DNA of 64,000 nt from Felis catus (lineage: Eukaryota), in contig NC_058368.1 in NCBI RefSeq assembly GCF_018350175.1, forward strand, positions 85,438,001 to 85,502,000, given 5' to 3'. The notes beneath the pieces are model-generated. The model searched no databases and was not told the DNA's origin. It saw only the letters and a list, made by a program, of their open reading frames with translations. Positions 50,338 to 64,000 of the stretch are shown one piece after another (position 1 is the first letter of the stretch; every line of letters begins with the position of its first letter). The position numbers and the translations under genes were made by a program.

Positions 50338-53300
50338 AAGGAGGAGGGAGGACTTAGGGTGGCAAAGGAGAAGGGAGACTCTAAGCTTGTCTCATCTCTT
50401 GAACACAGCTAGATAGATATAAAATCATTCTGAATGTCAAATAAATCAATTGAAGGCCTGAATGAATAAAAACTGCAACACTACATGTAAAAAAAGGACC
50501 ACCTTTTGGAAGGTACAACGTGCAGTTTACCAAGGGAGATAGTGCTCTGGGTCCAAGCCACAGGGAGGTTACCACATAGTAGTATAAGCAGCAGAGCACA
50601 AAATCTGAACTTTTAGCAGTCTGTTACTATGGGGGAAGTGCCTGGCTTAAAGGTGCTCAAGTGGTGAAGAAGGGTAGAATCCCTGGAGTGACAGTGTGGT
50701 CTGAGGATCCCTTCCTTAGGTGGCCACAGAAACAGTTTGTGCCAAGTGTCAAAGTTCTGTGTTGCTTCCAGGCTTCAGAGAAGAGATTTGCCCTATATGA
50801 GGGCTGCAAGCAGGGGTACTGCTATTTCTGCTCTGTTTTGATATGAACTTTGAACAGCTGTATAGTCCTATCTCTACTTTTTCCCACAGGCCAGTGAAAA
50901 CATGGCAAGACCCTCCCCTAGATGAATATCATAGGTCCACACCATGGGATCCTTAAGATTTGTAGTTTTGAAACTCAGTGGCACACCTGAGATAAAAAAA
51001 AAAAAAAAAAGTTTGGACAGAGTGGTGCTTAGTTGGGTCAGTTGATTAAGTGTCTGACTTTGGCTTGGGTCATGATCTCACTGTTCATGAGTTTGAACCC
51101 TATGTCCAGCACTGCACTGACAGTATGGAGTCTGCTTGGGATTCTCTCCCTCTTTCTCTCCACCCCCCATCACTTGTGCTTTCTCTCTGAAAATAAATAA
51201 ATAACTTAAAAAAAAAGAAAGGACACTGGCTGGGAGAACATGGGGTTCTGATGGAAACTGGGGACACAAGGCTGGTGACTAATTGCTCTTCTATGAGGTT
51301 TCCTTGAAGAGTGGGGGCGGTGTGCAAACTCAGCTCCTGGACTGTAGAGCAGGGTGTGGCCATATTCATTCAGCCCTGTAGAGCTGAAAGCCTTCAGGGA
51401 GCAAAACAGTACCACTTAGTGGAGGATGGAGCCACTTAAACCAAGCCCCTCCCCCCTATACCCAGGAGATGCATTTCCTCTGAAACAGGTCAGACTGAGA
51501 ATCAGAGAACATCAGGCTCTTCTCCCCAGAAGACCAGCACAAAATCTCCCTTCCACTTAGTGTACAGATCATAGTGCTGTAAAGCTTCAGCTCTAGGGGA
51601 AATAGTAACAAACTTCTGTTTTACTTTTATTCTTTATACTTTTTTCATTTATTTTCTTATTTTTTAATTTATTTTTTACTTACTTTTTACTTAACATTTA
51701 CTTAGTTTTACTATTAGTATTTTCTTACCTTTTATTTTTATACGTACAAATTTATATATACATGTTCTTTTATCTAGATTGTTTTAACAAGCAGACCAAA
51801 ACACGTCTTTATTTTTGTTTGTTTGATTTTTTTTCTTTCCTTTCTATGCTCTTTTCTTTTCTGGACAAAATAACGAAATGGAGAACATCACCACACACAC
51901 ACACACACACACAGGCAATGATATTCATGACCAGCGATTTAATGAGCACAGATATAAGTAAGATGACTGAATGAGATTTGAAACCATTATTATAAGACTA
52001 TTACTAGAGTTTGAAAATATCCTAGAAGACACCAAAAAAACCCTTTCTTCAGAGATGAAAGAACTAAAACCAACCAGGCTGAAATTAAAAATTATATAAC
52101 CAAGATGCAATTTAGAATGGATGCTATGATGGCAAGAATGGATGAAGCAGTGTACCAAATCATTGATATAGAAGATAAAATTATGGGAAATAATGAAGCG
52201 GAAAAGAGGGAAACAAAGGGAAAAGACCATGATATGAACTTCGAGAATTCAGCAACTTATTAAAGAGGAATAACATTCATAGCATAAGGGTCCCAGAAGA
52301 TGAAGAGAGAGAAAAAGGGCAGAAGTTTTATGTGAACAAATTATAGCTGAAAACTTTCCTAATCTGGGAAGTACACAGGCATCAAGATCCAAAAAAAATG
52401 CAGAGAACTCTTACGAAATCCCACAAAAGTTGGGTATACTAAGGCATATCATAGGCAAATTCAAAATAAAATACACAGACAAGGAAATAATTCTGAAAGC
52501 AGCAAGGTAAAAAAAAAAAAAAAAAGGCCTTAACCTACAAGGGAAGACATAACAGGTTTGTTGCAGATATGTCCACAGAAAAATGGCAAGCCAGAAAGAA
52601 GTGGTGGGATATATATTAGGTGCTGAATAGGAAAAAATATTCAGCCAAGAATTCTTTACCCAGAATGCCATCATTAAGAAAAAGAGATACAGAGTTTCCC
52701 AGAAAAACAAAAACTAGTAGTTCATGACCACTAAATCAACCCTGCAAGATATTTTAAGGGGAACTCTTTGAGTAAAGGAAAAAACAAAACAAACAAAAAT
52801 TACCAAAGTAACAAACACTCTGATGGACTACAGAACATCACCAGAAATACCAACTCTATAGGCAACATAATAGCACTAAATTCATCTTTCAATAATCACT
52901 CTGAATGTATATGGACTAAATGCTCCAATCAAAAGACACAGGTTATCAGAATGGATAAGACAAACAAACAAACAAACAAACAAACAAGATTCATCTATAT
53001 GCTGCCTACAAGAGACTCATTTTAGACCAGAGGACACCTGCAGATTGAAAGTGAGGGGCTGGAGAACCACCTATCATGCTAATGGACATCAAAAGAAAGC
53101 TGGAGTAGCCATACTTATATCAGACAAACTACATTTTAAAACAAACTGTAATAAGAGATGAAAAATAACTTTATATCATATATAAGGGGTCTATCCATCA
53201 AGAATATATAACAAATTTAAATAATAACGCCCCCAACTTGGACGAAACCAAACATATAAATCAATCAGTAGCAAACATAAAGAACCCAATGATAATAATA

Positions 53301-56300
53301 CTGTAATTGTAGGGGACTTTAAAATCCCACTTAAAGTAATAGTAACATCATCTAAGCAGAAAATCAACAAGAAAACAACAGCTTTGAATGTTACACTGGA
53401 CCGGATGGACTTAGCTTATATATTCAGAACATTTCATTCTAAAGCAGCAGAATACACATTCATCCCAAGTGCACATGGAACATTCTCCAGAATAGATCAC
53501 ATACTGGATCACAAATTAGGCCTCAGTGAGTACAAAAATATTGAGATTATACCACACATATTTTCAGACTAGAATGCTGTGAATCTTGAAGTCAACCACA
53601 AAAAAAAAAAGGAAAAACCCCAAGTACATGGAAATTAAAAAACATCATACTAAAGATTGAATGAGTTAACCAGAAAATTAAAGAAGAAATTATATATATA
53701 TGTATACATATATATATGTATACATATATATATATATATCCTGTCCATATTATATACATATTAATTTCTTCTTTAATACACACACACACACACGGAAGAC
53801 AATTAAAATGGATATATATATATATATATATATGGAAGACAATTAAAATGGAAAGACAAAGTCTTTCCAAAATTTTCAGATGCAACAAAGACAGTCTTGA
53901 GAGGGAAATAGATTGCAATACAGGTATATTCAAAAAGCCAAAAAGTTCTAATACAAAACCTAACATTACACCTAAACGAGTTAGAAAAGTAACAGCAAAT
54001 TAAGTCTACAGCCAGCAGAGAAAGAGTAATAACAAAGATTGGAACAGCAATAAATGATATAGAAACAAACTCTTAAAAAACAGAACAGATCAAAGAAACT
54101 AAGAGCTATTTATTTGATAGAATTAATAAAATTGATAAACACTCAGCCAGACCTAACAAAAGAAAAGAAAAAGGACCCAATCAAATAAAATCATGAAGGG
54201 AAAAGGAGATATCAAAACCAGAACATCAGAAATTAAAAAGAAAAATTATAAGGTAACACTGAAAAATTATATGCCAACAAACAGGGCAATCTAGAAAAAA
54301 ATTGACAAATTTCTAGAAACTCACAAACTACCAGAAAAGAAATAAAAAGTTTGAACACACCTATAAACAGCGAAGAAATTGAATCTGTAGTCAAAAATCT
54401 GCAAACAAAATCCAGGACCAGATGGCATCTCAGGGAAATTCTACCAGACATTAAAAGAAGAGGTCATATCTATTCTCAAACTGTTTCAAAAAATAGAAAT
54501 GGAAAGAAAACTTCCACTCATACTGAGGCCAACATTGCCTTGATTCCAAATGTAGACAAAGAACTCACTGAAATGGAGAATTATAGTCCAGCATCCCTGA
54601 TGAACATGGATGGGAAAATTCTCAATAAGATACTATCAAATCAAATTCAACAGTACATTGAAAGAGTTATTCACCACGTTCAGTGGTATTTTTTGGTGCA
54701 TTGTAGGTTTGATTCAATACTCACAAATGTAGCCATGTGATACATCACAATAATGAAAGAAAGGATAAGACCATATGATCCTGCCCATATATGCAGAAAA
54801 ATTATTTGAGAAGATGCAACATCTTTTCTTGATAACCTTCAACAAAGTAGGGATAGACAGAACATTCTTCAACATCAAAGAGACCATATATGAAACACCC
54901 ACATCTAATATCATCCTCAATTATGAAAAATTGAAAGTCTTCTCCTTAAAGTCAGGAACAAGACAAGAATGTCCACTCTCACCATTACTCTTAACATAAT
55001 TCTGAAGTCTTAGCCTCAGCAATCAGACAACAACAACAACGAAATAAAAAGCATCAAATCACCAGGGAAGAAGTCAATTTTCACTATTTGCAGATGACAT
55101 GATTCTTGATGTAGAAAACCCAAAAGACTCCCCACACAAAATTCCTGGAACTATACATAAATTCAACAAAGTTTCAGGATATAACATCAACATGTAGAAA
55201 TATGTTGCATTTCTATACACTAATAAAGTAGCAGAAAATGAATTCAGGGAATCAATCCCATTTACAATTGTACCAAAAGCAATTAGATACCTAGGAATAA
55301 ACCCAACTAAAGAGTTTAAAGATATATACTCATAAAACTATAGAAAGCTTATGAAATAAATTGAAAACACAAAGAAATTGCAAAAACATTACATGCTCAT
55401 GGAATGGAAGAACAAACATTTTTAAAATATCTATACTATCCAAGCAATCTACACATCCAATGCAGTACCTATCAAAATATCACCAGCATTCTTCAAAGAG
55501 CTAGAACAACACCAATCCTAAAATTTTTATGGAACCACAAAAGATCCTGAACAACAACACAATTCTGAAAAAGAAAAACAAAAATGTAGCATCATGATTT
55601 CAGTTTTCAAGCTATAGTACAGAGCTGTAGCCATCAAGACAACATGGTGCTGGCATAAAAATGGACACATCGATCAGTGGAACAAAATAGAAAACACAGA
55701 TATGGACCAAAACTGTATGGTCTACTCATCTTTGATAAAACAGGAAAGAATATCCAATGGAAAAAACTGTCTCTTCAGCATATGGTGTTGGAAAAACTGG
55801 TCTTTGACATGTAGAAGAATGAAACTGGACCACTTTCTTACACCATACACAAAAATAAATTCAAAATGGTTGAAATATCTAAGTGTGAGACAGAAAGCCA
55901 TCAAAATCCTAGAGAAGAACAGAAGCAGCAACCTCATTAATTTTGGTTATATCAAGTTCTTAATAGACACTTTAACCAAAGCAAGGGTAACAAAAACAAC
56001 AACACAAATGAACTATTGGGACTTCATCAAGATAAAAAGCTTCTGCACAACAAAGGAAACAATCAATAAAACTATAAGGCAAGCTGTGGAATGCAAGCAG
56101 ATTTTTTTTTCAAAGACATATCTGATAAAGGGTAGTGTCTAAAATCTATAAAGAACTTAACAAACTTGACATCCAAAAAACAAATAACCTAATTATAAAT
56201 GGGAAGAGGACATGAACACTTTTCCAGAGAAGACATTTAGATGGCTAACAAACACATGAAAAGATGCTCAACGCCACTCATCATCAGGGAAATACAAATG

Positions 56301-56649
56301 AAAACTATGATGCAAAACCACCTCAAACTTGTCAGAATGGCTAAAATGAACACAAGGAACAATAAGTTTTAGCAAGGATACATAGATACAGGAACCATCT
56401 TGCCCTGTTGGTAATTCAAATTGGTACAGCCTGTCTGGAAAGCAGTATGGAAGCTTCTAGGAAAACTAAGAATAGAACTACCCTATCATCCAGCAATTGC
56501 ACTACTAGGTATTTCCCCAAAGGATATAAAACTCGATCCAAATACAGTTTCAAAGCCCCCTGTTTATAGTAGCATTATCAACAATAGGAAAAGTATGAAG
56601 AGACCCCAAATGTCCACAGACTGATTAATGGAAATATAATATGTGTGTG

Positions 56650-56689
<40 letters not shown>

Positions 56690-57073
56690 GGAATGTTACT
56701 CACCCATCAGGGAGAATGAAATTTTGACATTTGCAATAATGTGGATGGAGCTAGAATGTATTATGCTAACAGAAATAAGTCTGTCAGAGGAACACAAGTA
56801 TATGATTTCATGCCTATGTGGAATTTAAGAAACAAAATAGATGAATGTTTAGGAAGGGGAGAAAGAGGAGAGAGGAACACAAAAGACAAGAGACTCTTAA
56901 TGATAGAGAACAAACTGAGCATTGATGGAGGGAGGTGGGTGTGGAATTTGCTAGATGGGTGATAGGTATTAAAGAGGGCCCATGTTATGATTAGCACTTT
57001 CTCTTGTGTGTAAGTGATGAATCACTGTCTACTACTGAAGCCAATATTACACTGCATGTTAACTAAGTAAAAT

Positions 57074-57104
<31 letters not shown>

Positions 57105-57105
57105 G
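50338..57105 (+). mobile_element. Full-length decayed carnivore L1 on the plus strand, with a CanSINE at about 51020-51218
   Basis: 5' GAGGAGGGAGGACTTAGGGTGGC, ORF1 at about 51870-52770, ORF2 motifs ([45 protein letters not shown]), 3'UTR and (TAAA)n tail. Confidence 0.92.
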
Positions 57106-57439
57106 AAAAAAATTATTACTTTGGCTATTTGGGGTCTTTGGTGGGTCCATACAAATTTTAGGATTGTTTTTTCTAGCTCTGTAAAAAACTCTACTTGTAT
57201 TTTGATAGAGATCTCATTGAATGTGTACATTGCTTTGGGTAGTATGATTTATAACATTTGTTCTTCCAATCCATAAGCATTGAGTGTTTTGTTCTTTTCT
57301 ATATTTTGTTCTTTTTATCATTTTATTTCTGCTTAAAAAGTTTCTATTGACCTATAAATTTGCTTATTTTCCCTGTTTTGTACAGTCGACTGATCAGTCC
57401 ATCAAAATATTCTGTATTTTACTTCATGATTTTTATTTA

Positions 57440-57648
57440 TGATTTTTATTATTTATTTTAAGTGTATTTATTTATTTTGAATGTGAGAAAGAAAACAAAA
57501 AAGCTTGGAAGGGGAGCAGGGAGAGTGGGGTCAGAGGATCCGAAGCAGGCTTTCTGCTGACAGCATAGAGTCTGACATGGGGCTTAAACTCATGTAATAT
57601 GACCTGAGTGGAAGTCCAATGCTTAACCAAGTGAGTCACCCAGGGATC
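57440..57648 (-). mobile_element. CanSINE within old L1 fragments (about 57110-58050)
   Basis: SINE body motifs with flanking antisense L1 sequence. Confidence 0.85.
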
Positions 57649-58226
57649 CATTTCTTTGTGTTTTTGATCTAAATTTACCATTGATTTCTTCTTATACATT
57701 CTATCTCAATAATTGCATTACACATCTGATTTAGCATGTTGCCCACTTTTTCCCTTAGAGCTGTTGACATATAAATCATAGCTATTATAAATGCCCTTTC
57801 TGATAATCCAATATCTGTATTATGTCTGAATCTGCCTTTGGGTCTTATTTTTTCTCTTGAGACTCTGTTGCTGTTTTATTTCCTTTTAGCATGTCTTGTA
57901 TTTTTTTTTCTTGAAAACTGGGTATATTTTACCAGGTTATAGAAACTGTTTTAGTTTGAAATGGAGGAGGGGAAATGTTCTACAATCTTACAATTAAATT
58001 TTATTTATTTTAGTGGGTCTCTTTACTGGCATGTGATTTTTGTGTTTCTTATCTTCTTTTCTTGTGTTGCTCAAATAATATAGAGATTTAATGCAAACTC
58101 AAGGAAATCACCAGCTTTAAAATAATGAATTAGTTATTCTGTTTATTTATTTTTTAGATGGAATTTGAAAAGTGAGTAGTAAAGGCCATATCTATAATAT
58201 ATAAATATTAATAATATTATATTTCA

Positions 58227-58440
58227 GTGGCACCTGAGTGGCTTAGTGGGTTGGGCTTCCGACCTCTGCTCAGGTCATGATCTCACAGTCCATGAGTTCG
58301 AGCCCCATGTCAGGCTCTGTGCTGACAGCTCAGAGCTTGGAGCTTGCTTCAGATTCTGTGTCTCCCTCTCTCTCTGCTCTTCCTCTGCTCACATACTGTC
58401 TCTCTCTCAAAAATAAATAAAGATTAAAAAAATTAAAAAA
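58227..58440 (+). mobile_element. CanSINE
   Basis: TSD AATATTATATTTCA. Confidence 0.94.
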
Positions 58441-58656
58441 ATATTATATTTCATTAATTATAAAGTGATATATGAAAAAAGTAATTCTGACTATGGCAAC
58501 ATCACAGAACAAAGGGTAGAAATATTTTTGTTTATAATAAATAAGAACTTTGTAAGACACAATTAATGAGTGCCAACCAATGTGAAAAGAATATTCTTTT
58601 TAATCCATAATACTTGGATTTGCAACTAAATATAAAAGATCAAAATAATAATTCTT

Positions 58657-58770
58657 TGGCACACCTGGCTGGCTCAGTCCATGGAACATGTGACTCTTGA
58701 TCTTGGTGTTGTAAATTCAAGCCCTACGTTGGGTGTAGAGATTACCGAAAAATAAAGTCTTATAAAAATA
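58657..58770 (+). mobile_element. Short-form CanSINE lacking the (CT)n segment
   Basis: GGCACACCTGGCTGGCTCAG...GTTGGGTGTAGAGATTAC followed by an A-rich tail. Confidence 0.85.
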
Positions 58771-58959
58771 ATAATAATGTATTCAGAAGCTAATAGAGGA
58801 GAATGTATTTATGATGTCTTAATGGCAAATATCTTTATATTATTTTAAAAATATTTCTATTGAAGTTTATTTGACACACAATATTAAATTAATTTCAGTT
58901 GCACAACATAGTGACTTGACAACTGTACATTATTCTATTCCCACCACAATATAAGCAAA

Positions 58960-61480
58960 CATTTTAAAATTTGTAAAAAGTACTAATCTTAAAAACCTTG
59001 ACTACTTTCTTACATTAAAATTGAAGACATTTATAAATAAATTAGTAAAAAATTCACAATGTGAGAGGATATCTGTAATAGATATAAAATAACAAAGGCT
59101 CTGTTTATGGTCTATTAAAAATAACTCCCATTAATCAACAAGAAAACAAACTCACAGATACAAACTGCGACAGTACCTTGAACATTTTACAAAGGAGATA
59201 TAGAAATATGCTTATACATAAGACAATGGGCAAAGGACTATGCTAATTGATTTCTTTTTATAATTCAGTACAATGATAACCATGAATCAAACTGACAATA
59301 ACAAATTTTGGCCTTTATAATTTCATTAATTAATGCTACAAATATAACAGCAGGAGAATTTTCCATGCTGACTCTCTTCAATGTATGTGAACTAAAGGAT
59401 TGATTTTTTGATTTATAGAATCATAAATTATGCACTTTTTTTTGTGAAAATTCACAATGTGTTAATTGGAGAGGCATATGAAAAGGCAAACATAAAACAA
59501 AGCTAAGATATTCTTTTAATAAAGCAAGGGCAAAGGATTTGTTTTACTATAATTACAAAATTCCAGTAATTGGGATTGTTTTCTACATGCAAAAGACAGA
59601 CAGACTCAGGAACAAAGTAAACTGGCCATAATGAAAAACATAGATATATGGATAATTTATAACAAAAAATACACTTTATGAAAGTTGGAGGATGAGATAT
59701 TTTTCAAATAATAGTGTGAATTAGATATCTCCTTTTAAAAATAACAAATTTGATATTAATAGTACCCAGCTCCAAAATAATGATTTCCAGACTTGTCATA
59801 AAACACATTTGAGAGGAAAATTTAGTAAGAGGTCAAAGAGGAATAGATTTTTGACTGAAGGATATAAAATAACTTATTGGATAGTATACATGAACACTAA
59901 CCTTGAAAAGGGAAGGAGTGATTAATATGACATTAATGGCGATTATAATTGTTCACATGTCTCAGCATTAAGAACATGAGAACCCAGATCAAAGAGATGG
60001 TAGTATAACTGTAACATGGGTAATTATAAAATGCTCTGTATCTAGATTCTGTAAAAATAATAAATAAATAAATAAATATTAAAAAAAACTTCTAAAATCA
60101 ACAACAAAACACCCAATCCAATATTTTTTAAAAGAAGCAAACTGTTTGAATGTAACTTCTAAAACAACAAACGACAATGAAAAATAAACATATTAAGTGT
60201 TGCAAAATTTTATTAGTAACCAAAGATATGCAAAGTACAAGGAGATATAGCTACACAATCATGATATAGGTAGAAATTTAATTGAAAATTAAGTATTTTT
60301 TTAAGATCATCAAATAATAGGAATTCGCACAAGAATGAATTAAATGAACACAATCACGTATGAAACCATTTGGCATTACCTAGTTTAGTGGGTTAAATGA
60401 TGTCTCATGATGTGTCTCCAAAACATTATGTCTCTACCCTAAAACATTAGAATGTGGTCTTTGGAAATATGTCTTGGCATATGTACTTAGTTTGGGATCT
60501 CAAGATGAAATCATCTTAGATTCAGAATGGGCCTTAAATGAGTGAGTTTTTTGTGTTTTTTGTTTTGTTTTGTTTTGTTTTAAAGAGGAAAGGACACATA
60601 AATATATCCAGAGGGAATAAAGCCATGTTCAGATAGAGAGAGAGATTGACATTCTGCTGCAAAAGCCAGGAAACATTGAGCGCAAGCAGAAACTGGAAGA
60701 GACAAAGGATTGTCTCCCTTAGGACTGTTATAGGACCCTGTCAACCCCTTGAAGTAAAATTTCTGGACTCCAGAACTTTGAGAGAGTAAATTTACATTGT
60801 TGTAATCCACCAAATCTTCTGGTGTTTTTTTATATCAGCATTAGGAAGCTAATACATCCAATAAATTTTAAAATTTTCAGACTTTCTACCTACCAATTCT
60901 CCTCATACTCATACCTCCAAAAATTCACGTATATTTGTGATAGAACACATATAACAAATACTGATAGAGAAGTTATAATTATAAAAAAAATCCTCCAAAT
61001 TCAAAAATATTATATATTGAAAAAATATGTATATAATGAATATTATTCAGGTATGGAAGTAAACTATAAATAAGTTAGAATATTGGAAACAATGTTACAA
61101 GCAAAATGTCAAGCAAAGGAAATAAGACACAGCATAGACACATATAATAATTTTCAATTTATATTTGATTTAAAATTCAAAAATTTTACTTTATATTTTA
61201 GCATGGCAAATAATATTGCTAAATATTAAAAAAAATAAAAATGTAATTATATAAGATTCATTGCAATCATTAATTTGGGAAGTGGGAGGTGTTTCCACCA
61301 AAAAGAAATATACAAAATATCATGTGTGGCAATATTATTCTAATGTTGTATGAGGATTGATGGTTCCAGGGGTCTTCCATTATTTTTATCTGTTTGTAAA
61401 AATATGTTCATACGAATTATATTTATTTCTAAATAATAAATGATGTAATATATAAAACATGTAAGCTAAAAATTGTATTT
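58960..61480 (+). mobile_element. Ancient L1M-type ORF2 3' end and 3'UTR remnants, interrupted by an MLT1
   Basis: Decayed ORF2 C-terminal motifs (GAAACCATTTGGCATTACCTAG, GAATATTATTCAG). Confidence 0.55.
60385..60856 (+). mobile_element. MaLR solo LTR (MLT1B/C-like)
   Basis: GAATGTGGTCTTTGGAAATA..GATCTCAAGATGAAATCATC..TTCTGGACTCCAGAACT..GAAGCTAATACA end. Confidence 0.85.
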
Positions 61481-64000
61481 TAAAATAGGATATATTGACT
61501 TAAACAGAATTGTGTTTGTCAGAAAAAGAAAGCAAAATAGACATAGAAAATTATAAAATTATGTAATTAATAAATCTGTTTTAAGCACTAAACAATATAA
61601 ATAACAAGTAAGCATTTTGTATGATAATAAGTTATATTTTATTTACTACCACCTAAGAAATATTCACAAAAAGAAACTGTTTATTCCAAAGAAAGACATA
61701 TTTAATCAATTTTTATAGTTCAGATCACATTCTTTCAATAAACAGATACTAAACAAATAGAAACAAAGTGAAGATTTCTTGAGAACTAAAATTGTAAGTT
61801 TAAGTTGTCAACATCCTAAACATCCTAAACAAAAATTATCTAAAATTTTTCCAGTAATAAAATTTAATGTAATAGTTACAAATATAAGGTCTGAGGAGTT
61901 AATTCAAAATAATATATAAAAACAAAAGGGACACAGCCAACCCATACCTCAGTAAATAACCTTTTATAAGATGAATATAAACCATAACAAAAGCACAGGT
62001 GTCAATATTCATCTTAGAAAATAGGAATCACAAAACACAAATAATTTACCACTAAGATCTTTGAAACTAAATGAAATAAAATGCCTCTCAGATAAATGTT
62101 GTTTTGAAGATATATTATACATTGATTTTCCTGATATGATTCAGAATATAACTGAATGTAAATGGTTTTATGTAATTGAGTGCCTGCACCATTAAATATG
62201 AATGTATATACTTTTTCTGTGTTTGTCTTACAGTGTGATTTTAAACTGTTGGTTAAAATTTAGGAATCTCTTCTTGGGATTTTATATCTCATCTTTTCTA
62301 TTTATTTCTAAATTCTGGATAAAGAAAACATCTTGAGGTCACATTTATTTGATATGCAGGATATCTGACTTTTCTAATAATTGGCAAATAAATTTTTGGT
62401 GGCCTAATGACCATATTTGAAGTCTAACAATTTTTTCAAATCAAGTACAAATTGATGCCAAACTTGAAAATTATCTGACTAGACACTATATCTATATAAG
62501 CTGTCTTAAAACAATTACATCAGAGGCAATATACATTCCATTGTTAGTTTGAAAGCTCCCAGTTCACAAACAATTTTTATATGTTAAGTAAACTCTTATC
62601 ACTTACTAATTTAGTGATCTGTTACTTTTACTTCTGCTATTCCTGCATTTTGACATGTGCAAAGTGATAAGGTAGCAGAAAAACTAAAAACAGTTTTATA
62701 TCAGACAAAAGGATTAATATGTTCAATGTGAAAAATAATTTCCTTGTCAAAATATATAAATATAAAATATATAGATCAAGAACACAGAATAAAATTTAAG
62801 AAAACAATTTTGAAATGTAGACAGTACATTTAAAAAGTTTTCCATTATTGGTAAAATGTTACAAGAAATATATTCTTAAATTAACTAACTAAACTACGTC
62901 AGCAAAGCAGAATTCACAATGATGAATGAAATTCCAGCCTTCCTGTACATAGGCATTAAAACTTTAACATTGCATATATGTTAGCATTTAATGGTTAAAC
63001 TTTATGAATTATTACTGAGGGAATACTTAATAAATATTTCTCTATTAAAGGTATAACAAACTCAGTGTCTACAGAAGACTGTTTGCTAATACACATAAAT
63101 GAAAATGCATACATGAGATTGGAGGCCAATGGTAGAAAGCCACTTCACATCCTAAGTGAAGAACACAGGGGTAGTCAGCTTGATCTGATGGTCCATGGAC
63201 AAATATAGACCCCTTATTTAAAAACCTAGGAATTTTTCCATTAGTATTTATATTTGTATGTGACAATTCATGATTTTAAATATTAATTTAATAGGTTTTC
63301 AAACACAATGATGTGCTAACAGAAGTCTTTATTAAGTTAAATAATTCACCTAAAAGAGAAATTTTAAGACCTCTTTTTTTGCCTACTAGCCTAAGATACA
63401 AAAATCTAAGGGGAAGGGAATGTGTTATCCTGATTTAAAGCCATGCCCATTGCCAGGTCAGTATTTGTGACCAGTCATTTGGAGTAATATGATGTGGGAC
63501 TGGGTCACATGTTAACACATACCACTGTGAGATAGGAAAGCATGATGGAGAAAGAAGCCCACTAAGACCCCCATAATGGAAATCAAGGAGAAACATTTTC
63601 TGAAAAAGCAGATGTGTGGTAAAGAAAAAATATTTCAACAAGTGTTGTATGTTCAATTTCCCCATTAGTGTCTTTTATTTTCCTAAAGTAGAGAGAGGTA
63701 AGCTATGATATAGGTTAAAAGCTCATCTATGGATGAGAGGAATTTCTAGGGATATTTAACGCATATTAGTTTATGCAGTTTTGGTTATTGTTGCTTGAAG
63801 AATACTACAGTTTTTAAGTATTGGCTAACTAGTGAAAGTGAGAAAAGAGGTAGAATTACCTAAACTAAGATAGTGGTCTAATACAAAGAAATAATTTTTC
63901 ATGCATATTTTATACACATTTACATTTATTTTCACTCTACCTTTATTAAACATATCTTTTTGTCAGAGTTGTTCCATTTAAGGGTGATAACTCCAGAAAA

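Noticed and set aside
1..64000. CRISPR arrays, operons or other prokaryotic systems
   Set aside because: The window is mammalian DNA, and no repeat-spacer arrays or prokaryotic genes are seen.

Overview
Mammalian, almost certainly felid (cat-family), genomic DNA from an AT-rich olfactory receptor cluster, judged by the tRNA-derived CanSINEs of SINEC_Fc type and carnivore L1s. The only intact host gene is a single-coding-exon class II olfactory receptor of OR2W3 type (20706-21653, +). Most of the rest is nested retroelements. At 1-3585 is the 3' end of a betaretrovirus-like (HERV-K/MMTV-type) provirus: integrase C-terminus, env, polypurine tract and 3' LTR. Its env is interrupted by two unrelated solo LTRs and a SINE. 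There are about four full-length or near full-length L1s, including a young one inserted inside an older one, plus HAL1, L2, MaLR and MER34-like remnants and about 27 SINEs. The most notable signal is in the provirus: a splice donor and acceptor sit where HERV-K(HML-2) rec has them, with an open alternative-frame second exon. This suggests a rec/rem-like regulatory gene in a felid endogenous betaretrovirus. Other oddities are a 50-bp near-perfect copy of OR coding sequence 2.3 kb upstream of the gene, foldback structures inside microsatellites, and a probable L1 5' transduction. Repeat family names come from recall of consensus sequences, and boundaries of old repeats are approximate.
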